Positions 27,208 through 38,370 of a stretch of DNA of 64,000 nucleotides are shown in pieces; the first letter of the stretch is position 1, and each line of letters begins with the position of its first letter. The translations under genes and the position numbers were made by a program. The stretch lies in assembly GCA_050575255.1 (NCBI GenBank), contig JBNZDD010013727.1, positions 9,579,081 through 9,643,080 of the forward strand. Direction: 5' to 3'. The notes beneath the pieces are model-generated. The model saw only the letters and a program-made list of their open reading frames with translations. It was not told the DNA's origin and did no database searches. Origin of the DNA: Harriotta raleighana. Taxonomy: Eukaryota.

Positions 27208-27517
27208 ATAATCCTTGCATTTTATATAGCGCTTTTCACATTTTATCGACGTCTCAAAGTGCTTCACAGCAGATATTGTAAAGTGAATTGACTGTATATT
27301 TGTGAGCGAAATGCGGCAGCTAATTGCGCACAGCAGTATCCCACTAACAGTCGTGGATTGAAAATGACCAATTTTATTATTGTGGGTTTTTCTGGACGAT
27401 TGTTAGGCATGTGGAGTAAGGAAACTTGACTAAGATTTCGCCCTGATCTGCCTGGATTCGAACACATGTCTCACGCTTGTAAGGCAAGTGCTCTAACCAC
27501 TGAGTTACAGGAGCTCC
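27208..27517 (-). mobile_element. tRNA-headed Deu-domain SINE, full length
   Basis: Family head (GGAGCTCCTGTAACTCAGTGGTTAGAGCAC), core and tail on the minus strand. Confidence 0.9.
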
Positions 27518-30228
27518 ACAATGTAGAAAAATAAGGAATTTTTGCTATGGGTCAATTATAATTTCATAACAAATGTTTTCAATCTATCGCTAAGAACAGA
27601 ACAGGAAGAATCCTGACTTGGTTTTCTTTCCCATTTTTAACTCAAGTAGTTCATCTGGAATTCCCAGGTGATTTCAAGCAGATGTTGAGAAACTANTTCA
27701 GGAGCTCCACAATGTAGAAAAACAAGGAATTTTTGCTATGGGTCAATTATAATTTCATAACAAACGTTTTCAATCTATCGCTAAGAACAGAACAGGAAGA
27801 ATCCTGACTTGGTTTTCTTTNCTGCCTGGATTCGAACACATGTCTCATGCTTGTAAGGCAAGTGCTCTAACTACTGAGTTTCAGGAGCTCCACAATGTAG
27901 AAAAACAAGGAATTTTTGCTATGGGTCAATTATAATTTCATAACAAACGTTTTCAATCTATCGCTAAGAACAGAACAGGAAGAATCCTGACTTGGTTTTC
28001 TTTCCCATTTTTAACTCAAGTAGTTCATCTGGAATTCCCAGGTGATTTCAAGAAATGATTGCGATCCGCAGCATAATTTCAAACAGCAAGGAAAGATAAG
28101 AATCTAGGACAGAAATGACTTGATGCACTGTTCAAAATATGAAGCAGATTTCGAGAAAATCNTTTAACTCAAGTAGTTCATCTGGAATTCCCAGGTGATT
28201 TCAAGCAGATGTTGAGAAACTAATTGTTCTTCATAATGTCAGGGTAGAGTTCTTTCACCTGTTCATACCTGGCAGATGCGTCTTCTTGACTTCCCTCTTT
28301 CTACTTGTGACAGGCCAAAGGTGTGGATACAAACACATACCATATGGATTATTCCATCATGTTTGGATAGCTCAATTAACAAGTAATGAATATTGTGGTT
28401 CCAAGTCTACATGTAATCGGATATAGCATATAGTTATTAGTGCTACAATATTTGTTTTGCTATGCGCAATATTACTGAAATTGTTGAATCATATAAGTAT
28501 ATCCTATTATGCTATAAATCACTGTTATACACTAAAAAATAGGTTGACATTCATGGTATAATATGACTGCAGCTTTGGTCCTTTCTTCAATGCAATATTT
28601 TTCCATTAAATATAATTCAATGTCACATAAATCCAGCTGGTTCTTAGAAATGCTTTGTTAAAAAAAAAGGTCTGCATAAAGGTTGAGTATCAGGCACAGT
28701 CCAGTGAGAATATAATGGGATTTAAATAAATTCCATCAAACTAGTATTCTCCACATCATCACTGATCAGTTATCAAAATCTGTTAGCACCCTTGGCCTAG
28801 TGAGCAGTGTTATAAATATAATACTGTACTTGCATTTGACATACAGTAGTGCCTTATCACATTGTTGAGATGTCTCAAAGCGTTTCACAGAATATACTGC
28901 AAAGTGAATTTACTGTGTATTCTATGGATGAATCGAATTAATTGATTTAATTGTATTAATTCCAGAATATCTGCCCAATAAGAATGAATTTCTGGTGTGG
29001 TCTTCAGCACTACAACACTTTCACATAAACAAAGAACCACCATGAAGTCTATCTAATAGAGAGTCAGTATACTGCACTTAAAATTGCCTGCATGAGGTGT
29101 TGCAGGGGAGGGAAGTTAAAATGGATTTCTAGTAACTACACATACACAAACATACATACACATTCAACTTTTAAATGAGTTTTTAAAAATGCATAGATTT
29201 CAAGAGAAAAGTGCAGGAAGCTTTTCAATTGTTCTTCAAGGAGAGGAAATTGAATTCAATTCCAAATATAGACTGAAAACACTGTGAAATTTCATTTTCA
29301 CACATCGCAGCTCTTGCTCCTAATTTTAGACACAAATGGAGGCATCTGTGTTGGGAGCTTCAAAGCCAAGGAACCCTGCTTTACTACTTTTACATTAAAA
29401 TGTTACAAACTTTGCACAGTCCTATATACAAGGAAGTAAAGGGAATGACAGCAGCAAATGCTGCCACGTGCCAGCTAGAAATTATGTATTTTTTAATAAA
29501 AAATATGTTCATCCAAATGTATCACTTGGCTCCATTTTATATGTGCCAACAAAACAAGGGGCGAGTCAATATAACAATCCCTGGTATACAATACACTACA
29601 TATAAACATTTCAATATCACATTCCTACTTCTGCTGCACTACACCCACCTGCAAAGCCTGCCAATGTGTGGACACTCTCACTCCCTTATTTATAATCAAT
29701 CAACTGCTTGTTCACACACAGAAACCTGTCTGTTTACTATTCATCTGTGAATGTACTTTGACTTTTCACAACATCTTACTGTGCCTGTTAACTACAAGGG
29801 CCAACCACACCTTTTACAAAAGGAACTCTCAGACCTAAATCACAATCTGCATTTACAGTAAAATAATCAAGAAGTTCTAGTTTTTTTTTACTGCAGGACT
29901 GCAAGTAGAAATACTTTCAATGTAAAACTCAGTGCGTTATTCGAATCTGGCCTGAATTGCCTGCATTTTATCCACAAATATACAGTCAAATCACTTTACA
30001 GTATATTCTGTGAAATAATTTGACACGTCTAGAAGATGTGAAAAGCGCTATATCAAATGCAAGGATTATTATTATTTAGCAATTTTTAGTATAAAAATGA
30101 TATAATTAGTTTCCTCCTCAGTAAATGCTAATAATGTTTTGCCATGATCGGTTGATTATAAAGTACCATCTGTCTGACTGCAGAAGGCGTTTCTGCTTTA
30201 AGTCATAAAAACATATCACAAGATGTTT

Positions 30229-30508
30229 ACAACAACAACAACAAAATTACACTTATAGAGCGCGTTTCACGTCAGGAGGACGTCCCAAGGCGCTGGACAG
30301 ATTGGTTCAGGACCCGAGCAAGGGAAAATGTTCAGGACGAGGGGGGGGAAGGGTGGGAGCAAGGAGGGGGTAGAGACTCGAGAGGGTCGTTGAAGGCACG
30401 GTCGAAGAGAAAGGTCTTGAGACCGGCCTTGAAAGAGGAAAGGGAGGAAGCGAGGCGAAGGCACAGGGGGATGGAGTTCCAGAGCCTGGGGGCTGAGTGG
30501 CTGAAAGC
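30229..30508 (-). mobile_element. L2 LINE 3' end with (TTG)n tail
   Basis: The plus strand reads (CAA)n AAATTACACTTATAGAGCGCGTTTCACGTCAGGAGGACGTCCCAAGGCGCT, followed by 3'UTR and ORF2-end sequence similar to 47935-48200. Confidence 0.88.
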
Positions 30509-31243
30509 TTTACTGAGCTTTAGGAGTTATTTTTCACAAAATTATCTTAAAGTAGCAAAGAAATCTTACTGTATGGCTTCTTCAATAGGCATATACAGTG
30601 TGTATTTTATCGAGCACTTTATTGGTCAACAATATGTGCTCTCTACTAGTTTTAAAAGAATGCGGTTTTATTATTAAAGTTCTTGGCAAACCTCAATGTT
30701 TAGTTGCCAAACAAATCTTACATCGCGGAGACACTGTTTCTTGTCAGCACTTGGTGAAAAATAAATTTCTCCACACATAAAGAAGGCACTTCTTCAATAG
30801 ACAAACAAATGACCTCTCATTTCTGTTTGTCTCAGTAGTTTCGACAAGGCACTCAAGTATATCTTATCAAAAGATACTGAAGTTCTGACATCATTTACCA
30901 GATCATCCTCTGAAACTGATTTATCACCCAGAACACCAACAAGTACATCCAGTTCCTTTTTTTTTGCATTATCCTACAGCACAGTGTAATTAAAGTACAG
31001 TACTTGTCCTGTCACTCAAATGAAATGCTTTCTTCAAAGGTAGATCACCTTACACTGGGGGAAAGAAATGAGGGCATCTTGTAGATCTGTGTGGATAAGT
31101 TAAGGTTATGGTTAGAATTAAGTTTGAGTTCCAACTCAGGAACCAGGTCACACACTGCAGCCGATACACATTGACAATCAAACCCAAATGCAGTTTTAAC
31201 CTTAACTCTTTCCTCCCTCGCTCTTGCCATTCAGATCACATAC

Positions 31244-31675
31244 CTGGTTGGGGTCAGTGGCCCTGAAAACATGGCAGGCCATCTCAGACTCGGGGTTGTC
31301 AGGCTGGGTTCTGATCAAATAGGCAAAGTAGGTCAGATCTTGACTGTTGTGGATGAACCTGGTGATGTACTGAGCCTTGTGCTCAAAAATGAAGACCGAC
31401 ATGTTGCTGCTGGTGGAGTGGGGGACACACCTGATGAGGGATGGTGTGAGGATCAGGAGGACCTCCCTGGCTGACAAAGAGGATCCTGGCTCCTGCTTCT
31501 CATTGCGTCTCCGGATCTCAGCCATCAACCAGGGTAACATGGGCAGGGTGGTCCTCCTGTCCAGGGTGGACCAGCCCATGTACCACAGCGTAAACCTTCT
31601 CTCAAGTTTGCCCATGTCTTCCTGTTGTTGTTGTTGTTGTTGCTGTTGTTGCTGGCTACTGCTGCTCTCCTCCAT
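31244..31675 (-). CDS. TBC1D4: TBC1D4 (AS160, Rab-GAP) first coding exon, 144 aa, N-terminal PTB domain
   Basis: The translation MEESSSS(Q11)[39 protein letters not shown]...[51 protein letters not shown] matches the recalled vertebrate TBC1D4 N-terminus. The ATG at 31675 is in strong Kozak context (AGGATGG). A phase-0 donor CAG|GTATG lies at 31244/31243. Adjacency to COMMD6 supports TBC1D4 over its paralog TBC1D1. Confidence 0.95.
31622..31654 (-). repeat. Coding CAA/CAG repeat (Q11)
   Basis: (TTG/CTG)11 on the plus strand, in frame in TBC1D4. Confidence 0.95.
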
Positions 31676-32096
31676 CCTCACTGGATCAGGTTCGCAAAGG
31701 CGCAGACTATCGGTGTGACGAAGAATATTATTTAGAACAATAATAATGATTGGGGGGGTGGTGGAGGAGGGGGGGTGGGGGGTCACTAATGATCACTAAT
31801 AACCCCTTCACCTCCCTGGTCCATTCGCTATCCACACAGAGGTGAGCAAGTCTGAATAGCAAATATAAGCGCGCTCTCTCTCTCTCTCTCTCTCTCACTG
31901 TTTGAGTCCTTTGCTTTTATCTACTGGCCAACCTCTCTCAGGGCACCTTCCTGACGATCAGTGTTGACTGTAATCGNTCTACTGGCCAACCTCTCTCAGG
32001 GCACCTTCCTGACGATCAGTGTTGACTTTAATCGCTCTCTCTCTGACACTTCACACACTATGTATGATTTAGTATTTACCCAACCAGAGAGGTCAA

Positions 32097-32133
32097 CAGA
32101 TAGATAGATTGACAGATAGAGAGAGATAGAGAG

Positions 32134-32167
<34 letters not shown>

Positions 32168-32355
32168 TGAGATAGAGAGATAGATAGATATAGAGAGAGA
32201 GTGAGATAGAGATAGAGAGATAGATAGATATAGAGAGAGAGTGAGATAGAGAGAGAGTGAGATAGAGAGAGAGAGTAAGATAGAGAGAGAGAAATAGAGA
32301 TAGAAATAGAGAGATAGAGATAGATAGATAGACAGACAGACACAGACAGAGAGAT
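32097..32355. repeat. Compound (GA)/(GATA)/(TA)/(GACA) microsatellite
   Basis: Directly visible in the sequence. Confidence 0.95.
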
Positions 32356-32543
32356 GGATTGATGGCTTTTCTACCCAATTTAGTGATGGTGGCAGGGAGA
32401 GCAGCCCCCTCCCCCTCCCTCTCTCTCTCCCAGCATCGGGAAGGGACTCTCTCCGCACGTCCTCCTCGTGTCCTTGAGAGCAGCGCTGGGAATCTGACTT
32501 GACTGTAACACACACTAACACACACACTAACACACACACGAGA

Positions 32544-32903
32544 TGCTGCTGTTACTGTTGTTATTGCTGCTGTTGTTACTGTCACTGTAGCTGTTGTTGC
32601 TGCTGCTGCTGTTCCTGTCACTGTTGTTACTGCTGCTGCTGTTGTTACTGCTGTTTCTGTCACTGTTGTTACTGCTGCTGCTGTTACTGTTGCTAGTGTC
32701 ACTGTTGTTACTGTTGCTGCTGCTGTTGTTACTGTCACTGTTGTTACTGCTGCTGCTGTTGTTACTGTCACTGTTGCTGCTGCTGTTGTTACTGTCTCTG
32801 TTGCTGCTGCTGCGGTTGTTACTGTCACTGTTGCTGTTGCTGTCACTGTTGCTGCTGTTGTTGTTACTGTCACTGCTGTTACTGCTGCTGCTGCTGCTTG
32901 TTG
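32544..32903. repeat. Mixed triplet repeat (GCT/GTT/ACT/GTC)n, about 360 bp
   Basis: Uninterrupted 3-nt periodicity, with a higher-order unit resembling ACTGTCACTGTTGTTACTGCTGCTGCTGTTGTT. Confidence 0.95.
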
Positions 32904-33221
32904 AAGAGAACTGTGTTCCTCTCTGTGTGTGTGTGTGTGTGTCTGTTTGTCTGTGTTACAGCCCAGCCCAGCTCAGCCTTTGCAATTTTCACCGTCTTGT
33001 GTCCACCTCTTTGGATATATGTCTACATATATATATTATATAAATATATATATATATTTAAAAATCCAGCGGGTATATTCTGCTTTCTATTTTGCTTCTG
33101 TTTTCTTCCTGGGAACAAAAGACTAGAGTCCCAGCCTGATCAGGAAGACGCAATGAAGAGATCCAGTCACAAGCTGCTCAAACGTGGCCTCGGCTTTCTG
33201 CTCAGCACATTTACATTTCAC

Positions 33222-33478
33222 TAGAGAGAGAGAGAGAGAGAGAGCTGCAAAACAACAACAGGAGAGAGAAGCCCTAATGCAACTCTCTGTCTCTCTCCTC
33301 CTCTGCCCTTTCTCTCTCTCCTCTCCTCTCCTCTCTCTGTGCAGCTGCTGTGAGCAGTCTCAGCCCATGTCTGTCTGTCTGTCTGTGTGACGAGCTCTGG
33401 CTGTAGGTAAACCAGGAGTAGGAGAGACAGACAGACAGACAGACACACAGAGAGAGACAGAGAGAGAGAGAGAGAGTG
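33222..33478. repeat. (AG)n, (CT)n and (GACA)n microsatellite cluster
   Basis: Directly visible in the sequence. Confidence 0.9.
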
Positions 33479-33660
33479 AATCCTATTGCTGTCTCCAATC
33501 CCAGGTCCCTCCCTGGCTTGGCTACTTCTGCTCTGGCTGAGGCTGCAGTTTGCAGTTGTTGTGTTGTTTGCTTGTCCCAAATGGGGAGGTTTGCTTTCCA
33601 CCAGCCCCAGCAGCTATAGCAAGAGGAGGAGGAGGGGGGAAGAGGAGGAGGAGGGTCTGA

Positions 33661-33890
33661 GGTTTTTTTTTACTTCACGTTGACTGGAAACTGACTTGGT
33701 TCAGAGTTGCGTGAGCAAGGGGAGGCGGGGAGACTGTAAAAGTGACAGAAAACATGTGCTAAGACTGACTGACTGGTTTTTTTTTACTTCACGTTGACTG
33801 GAAACTGACTTGGTTCAGAGTTGCGTGAGCAAGGGGAGGCGGGGAGACTGTAAAAGTGACAGAAAACATGTGCTAAGACTGACTGACTGG
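33661..33890. repeat. Exact tandem duplication, 114-bp period
   Basis: GGTTTTTTTTTACTTCACGTTG...GACTGACT starts at 33661 and again at 33775, with no N at the junction. Confidence 0.9.
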
Positions 33891-34067
33891 CTGGCTGGCT
33901 GGCTGGCCATCTGCTCTCTCACACACACACACACACACACTCCAAGGAACATTTTCTCTGCACTGTTTATTTCAATAATAATAATGATAATTCACCTTTT
34001 TTTTTAAACCCGTCGCGATGTTGGATTTGCCCAAAGGCCCGCCAGGGGTAGCTGAAAGCCCTGCCAT

Positions 34068-34545
34068 AATAAATAATCCTTGCATTTGAAATAAATCCCG
34101 ATCCTGTCACAAAGCCCTTCGCAGAATTCACTGCATAAACTACCTGTCCGTCTCGCAGTTGAACTCCGCAGCCGATTTGTGCACGGCAACGATCCGCAAA
34201 CAGTCCATGGAGTGAATGGCCCATTCCTCATCGTCCAGGACATTGGGAGAAACACTTTTCCCTTTTTAAATACTGCCGTAGGATCTTTTAAGTCTACCTG
34301 GACAGGGAGAAGGCCTCTTGATTTAACATCTTGAGGACAATGTAAAGCGTTGTCAACACTGCGTCAGTCTCCAGACTGAATTCAACAGTATCAATGTGGG
34401 GGCTTGAACCCGCAACTGAACTGCTGGTTTAATGGCGTATTCCACTCACCAACNGTCTCCAGACTGAATTCAACAGTATCAATGTGGGGGCTTGAACCCG
34501 CAACCTTTTTGACTCGGAAGAGAATTGTGTACCAACTGAACCAGT
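34068..34545 (-). mobile_element. Long (older) Deu-domain SINE, SacSINE1/AmnSINE-like, CpG-rich copy
   Basis: The minus strand carries GGTTCAAGCCCCACA, GATGTTAAATCAAGAGGCC, AAAGATCCTACGGCAGTATTT and TGTTTGCGGATCGTTGCCGTGCACAAATCGGCTGC, plus an ATT tail. The head is duplicated across the N at 34454. Confidence 0.7.
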
Positions 34546-34749
34546 CTGATAACTACTGATGGTTTAATGGCGTATTCCACTCACCAACAAATGGGAATCA
34601 GGCAGATATTGAAATGAAATAATATGGAGATTATAACAAGAGAAATGGATATCGCTTCCTGAGTAAAGAAATAAAACTGGCTTTTTTTTTTACACACATT
34701 TCATCAACCTGCAAATTTCGAAGCGTCTTCAGTCATTCCTGAAGCTCGT

Positions 34750-35080
34750 GGAGCTCCTGTAGCTCAGTGGTTAGAGCATTCACCTTACAAGTGTGGGACC
34801 TGTGTTTGAATCCAGGCAGATCACAGCAAAACCTTGGGCAAGTTTCCTTACTCCACATGCCTAATAATAATCCGTCCAAAAAAAACAGCAATAATAAAAT
34901 TGCTCATTTCAATCCATGATTGTTTGTGGGACACTACTGTACTCAATTGGCTGCCGTATTTCGCCCACAAATATACAGTCAATTCACTTTACAGTATATT
35001 CTGCGAAGTGCTTTGAGACGTCGATAAGATGTTAAAAGCGCTATATCAAATGCAAATTATTAAGATTATTATTATTATTC
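34750..35080 (+). mobile_element. tRNA-headed Deu-domain SINE, full length
   Basis: GGAGCTCCTGTAGCTCAGTGGTTAGAGCA head, Deu core and (ATT)n tail. Confidence 0.9.
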
Positions 35081-37435
35081 TCAACCTTCCATTTGTTTAG
35101 CTGGATTCTGGAGACATTAATAGATAAGAGAGAGGAATAGAAGGGGTGAAGGCTTGTGTGAAGTATATACACCATTAAGGATTAATTGGGCCGAATGTCC
35201 TGTTTCCAAGCCATATCATTCTAGTTAATTCTTTGTGGATCAGAAAATGATTTGCAGGGAATTTAGATTAACCAACAAATTCCTTTAAATGTAAATACTG
35301 TAGTGCTTTCACATTTTTAAAAAATCTCATATCATTCTTGCATTCTGCTGTGTATGCCAGAGCACCTGCAGCTATCCAGCTTTTATTTTTTTGCTGTTAG
35401 TCAAGGTCGCGCAGTTAGAACTGCTTCCTGGGAATTGAACACTTTTTTTTAATTTTGGCACCCAAAGTCAGCATTGAGTCCTCCATGCAAAGCTTCCTCT
35501 TGTGCCTGCAATATACCTTCAAGGCTGAGAGAAGCATCCCCTGTGTGGTTTGCTTCCATTTCCAATACCAGCCATTCAGACTGTCCAAAAGAGATCAGCA
35601 CTTTATATNCGCGCTCTATAAGTGTAATTTTGTTGTTGTTGTTGTACTGTTTTAGTTTATGACCACTGAAAGCCAAATTGAGTTAGTTCATGTTCACTTT
35701 ACAATTCACATTTATAATTCACAATCCTGATTGGATTCAAACCCTGCACTGGCAGAAGAATGGGAAATATGTTAAGTCAGAGGTTAGCCAACAAAATAAA
35801 GTTTTTTGATTGAATATTTCGTGATTTATGCCATAAAAAAAACATTTAATAGTGAGCGAATGCTGTGTGACATATTGTTGCATTGGAATTACCTTGACTC
35901 AGACGGGCTGCTACAACTGAGATTGGTCGATGCCAAGACTTGATGAAAAAATGAAAAGAATGTTCAGCATTGGTGTCTCTTACTTTGATACCTTGCCCCC
36001 ATTACAAAACACTGTGCTTATCCTATAACTAACAGCATAGTAACTAGTCTTGCAATGGAGAGGTGAAGTTTAATTATTTAGGATGGCAAACTGTCTCTTC
36101 TTTGTATTGTCTATAAAGTGTTATGGTGGGCCTCCTTAGGCCCAAATCTATATCAAAATGGATTTGTGAATCTTTGTGATTATGGAGGAGTTAGTTGGTG
36201 ATCTTGTATAATGTTCTAATACAATATTAAGCAGCACAGCATTCACTCACTATAAAAAAAAGTTTTTTTTTACATTTTTCACTAGTTATACTGTAGTGAG
36301 ATTTATAACCACAGTGAAAGACTAAAATAGAGTTGTTAGAAGCTGTGACTATTCCCACTAGTTTCTTATCCTTAAATGGGGCAATTTCAATGTGACCAGA
36401 AGACCACATGAGAACAAATAAGATCTGGCCAGTGAGATCGGGCAGCTTGGAATGAATTCAAGGCAGCATTTGAGGTTTCCAAATGTTCCACCATCACTGC
36501 AATTGGACTGTGGACTTCAACCTGTTCAATGTGCTCTCAGTGTAACATTTCATTCTGAAACGTCAACTAGCAATGGGTGTAGATGGATGTGAAACAGACT
36601 TTTCACCTAATGGTATACTGGAAGATAAAGTGAGCTCTCGTTTATGAAAAATGTCATCTAAATGGTGGATTTCTTAATGTGATTAATAATAATGATGATA
36701 ATTTATGCTCCTATCAAATTTCCTTGCATTGTTCCACCCATATGCATCTGTTCTAAATTTCCATGTACTGTAATTATGTATCATTGAATCTTATAGTAAG
36801 GACCTTTTATGGTATGAAATTAATAACTAAAATATATTGTTTTACATTTAAAACATTACCGTACTACATTTGTTTCACCACAATTAATTTTTTCTTAGGA
36901 AATTTAAATGTTCCATTATGCCAAAATGCTGATGTTTATACAGAGAGCTCAAGATCATGTCCTTACTAGTGAGAGATTTAGGTTTGATTCCCAGCAGGGC
37001 AAAACCTTGGNATTGGGCCGAATGTCCTGTTTCCAAGCCATATCATTCTAGTTAATTCTTTGTGGATCAGAAAATGATTTGCAGGGAATTTAGATTAACC
37101 AACAAATTCCTTTAAATGTAAATACTGTAGTGCTTTCACATTTTAAAAAAATCTCATATCATTCTTGCATTCTGCTGTGTATGCCAGAGCACCTGCAGCT
37201 ATCCAGCTTTTATTTTTTTGCTGTTAGTCAAGGTCGCGCAGTTAGAACTGCTTCCTGGGAATTGAACACTTTTTTTTAATTTTGGCACCCAAAGTCAGCA
37301 TTGAGTCCTCCATGCAAAGCTTCCTCTTGTGCCTGCAATATACCTTCAAGGCTGAGAGAAGCATCCCCTGTGTGGTTTGCTTCCATTTCCAATACCAGCC
37401 ATTCAGACTGTCCAAAAGAGATCAGCACTTTATAT

Positions 37436-37712
37436 TAATAATAATAATCCTGGCATTTGATATAGCGCTTTTCACGTCTTCTAGACGTCTCAAAGCACTT
37501 CACAGAATATACTGTAAAGCGAATTGTCTGTATATTTTGTGGGCAAAACATGACAGCCAATTGTGCATAGCAGTGACCCACAAACAGTTGTGGATTGAAG
37601 TTGCCCCCCAAAAAAATTTGGAGGCATTACTATTAGGCATGTGGAGTAAGGAAATTTGCCAAGGTTTCATCCTGCCTGGAATTGAACCCAGTCTCTTGCT
37701 TGTAAGATCGAG
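37436..37712 (-). mobile_element. tRNA-headed Deu-domain SINE, 5'-truncated
   Basis: Family tail and core on the minus strand. It is followed by a short plus-strand L2 piece (IQNSAARVLSRTRLRDHITPT, about 37750-37816). Confidence 0.85.
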
Positions 37713-37816
37713 ATACGTTTATGTTGATCTATGGGAAATTGATATGTACTCATCCAGAACTCTGCAGCTCGTGTACTCTCCCGCACAAGGCTTCGAGACC
37801 ACATCACTCCCACCCT

Positions 37817-38098
37817 NNNNNNNNNNNNNNNNNNNNNNNNNNNNNNNNNNNNNNNNNNNNNNNNNNNNNNNNNNNNNNNNNNNNNNNNNNNNNNNNNNNN
37901 NNNNNNNNNNNNNNNNNNNNNNNNNNNNNNNNNNNNNNNNNNNNNNNNNNNNNNNNNNNNNNNNNNNNNNNNNNNNNNNNNNNNNNNNNNNNNNNNNNNN
38001 NNNNNNNNNNNNNNNNNNNNNNNNNNNNNNNNNNNNNNNNNNNNNNNNNNNNNNNNNNNNNNNNNNNNNNNNNNNNNNNNNNNNNNNNNNNNNNNNNN
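37817..38098. other. Assembly gap (N run)
   Basis: Run of N. Confidence 1.
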
Positions 38099-38370
38099 AA
38101 ACTTTACAAATAGACTTGATTGCTTTAGAGTATTGAAGGCTACTGAAGAAAAAGATGACATTGATCCAGAAGTTTGCATTGGGCTTAGTTGGAGAATGTA
38201 GGAGTCAAAGTATGAATAGGTAAGACTGAGGGAGGAAGTGCGTTGACACAGCAAGCTATTGAAAAGTCAAGTACTGAATATGTTTAAGGGCCAAGCATTT
38301 AGCAAAGAACTTCTACCAATGTTCTGGTATCAACAGTATAGAGAAGAACACAATGGAAGTGCTGAACATT

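Larger units (their letters stand above)
1..31243 (-). other. TBC1D4: TBC1D4 intron following the first coding exon (partial; next exon lies beyond the left edge)
   Basis: It begins at the GT donor at 31243. No ORF resembling the next TBC1D4 exon (VPDVISSIRQ...) appears in 1-31243, which is repeat-rich non-coding sequence. Confidence 0.8.
31676..34030 (-). promoter_or_regulatory. Probable TBC1D4 5'UTR/promoter region, microsatellite-rich
   Basis: It lies directly upstream of the ATG and has locally raised GC/CpG, GC-box-like GGGGAGGCGGGG motifs at about 33719 and 33833, and a possible acceptor (TTATATTTGCTATTCAG) ending at 31852. The TSS cannot be determined from sequence. Confidence 0.45.

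Noticed and set aside
31676-31786. 37-codon N-terminal extension of the TBC1D4 ORF from a GTG
   Set aside because: Bacterial-style start from the ORF caller and low-complexity sequence. The ATG at 31675 has a strong Kozak context and matches the expected start position.
32076-33043. Long ORFs of 265 aa (Thr/Val/Ala), 149 aa (poly-Leu) and 65 aa (poly-Cys)
   Set aside because: They are products of simple repeats with non-ATG starts and run through dinucleotide microsatellites. They are not called CDS; the repeat itself is kept as a finding.
34750-34830. tRNA-like sequences with A and B boxes (also at 5749, 38371, 45151 and others)
   Set aside because: Each continues into the Deu core and L2 tail, so they are SINE heads rather than tRNA genes.
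35186-37434. About 420-bp duplicate (35186-35608 and 37012-37434) giving twin ORFs MAPKVSIESS...
   Set aside because: Near-identical and bounded by single Ns (35609, 37011), so an assembly overlap. The ORF has a TTG start, runs into a SINE and a gap, and shows no recognisable homology.
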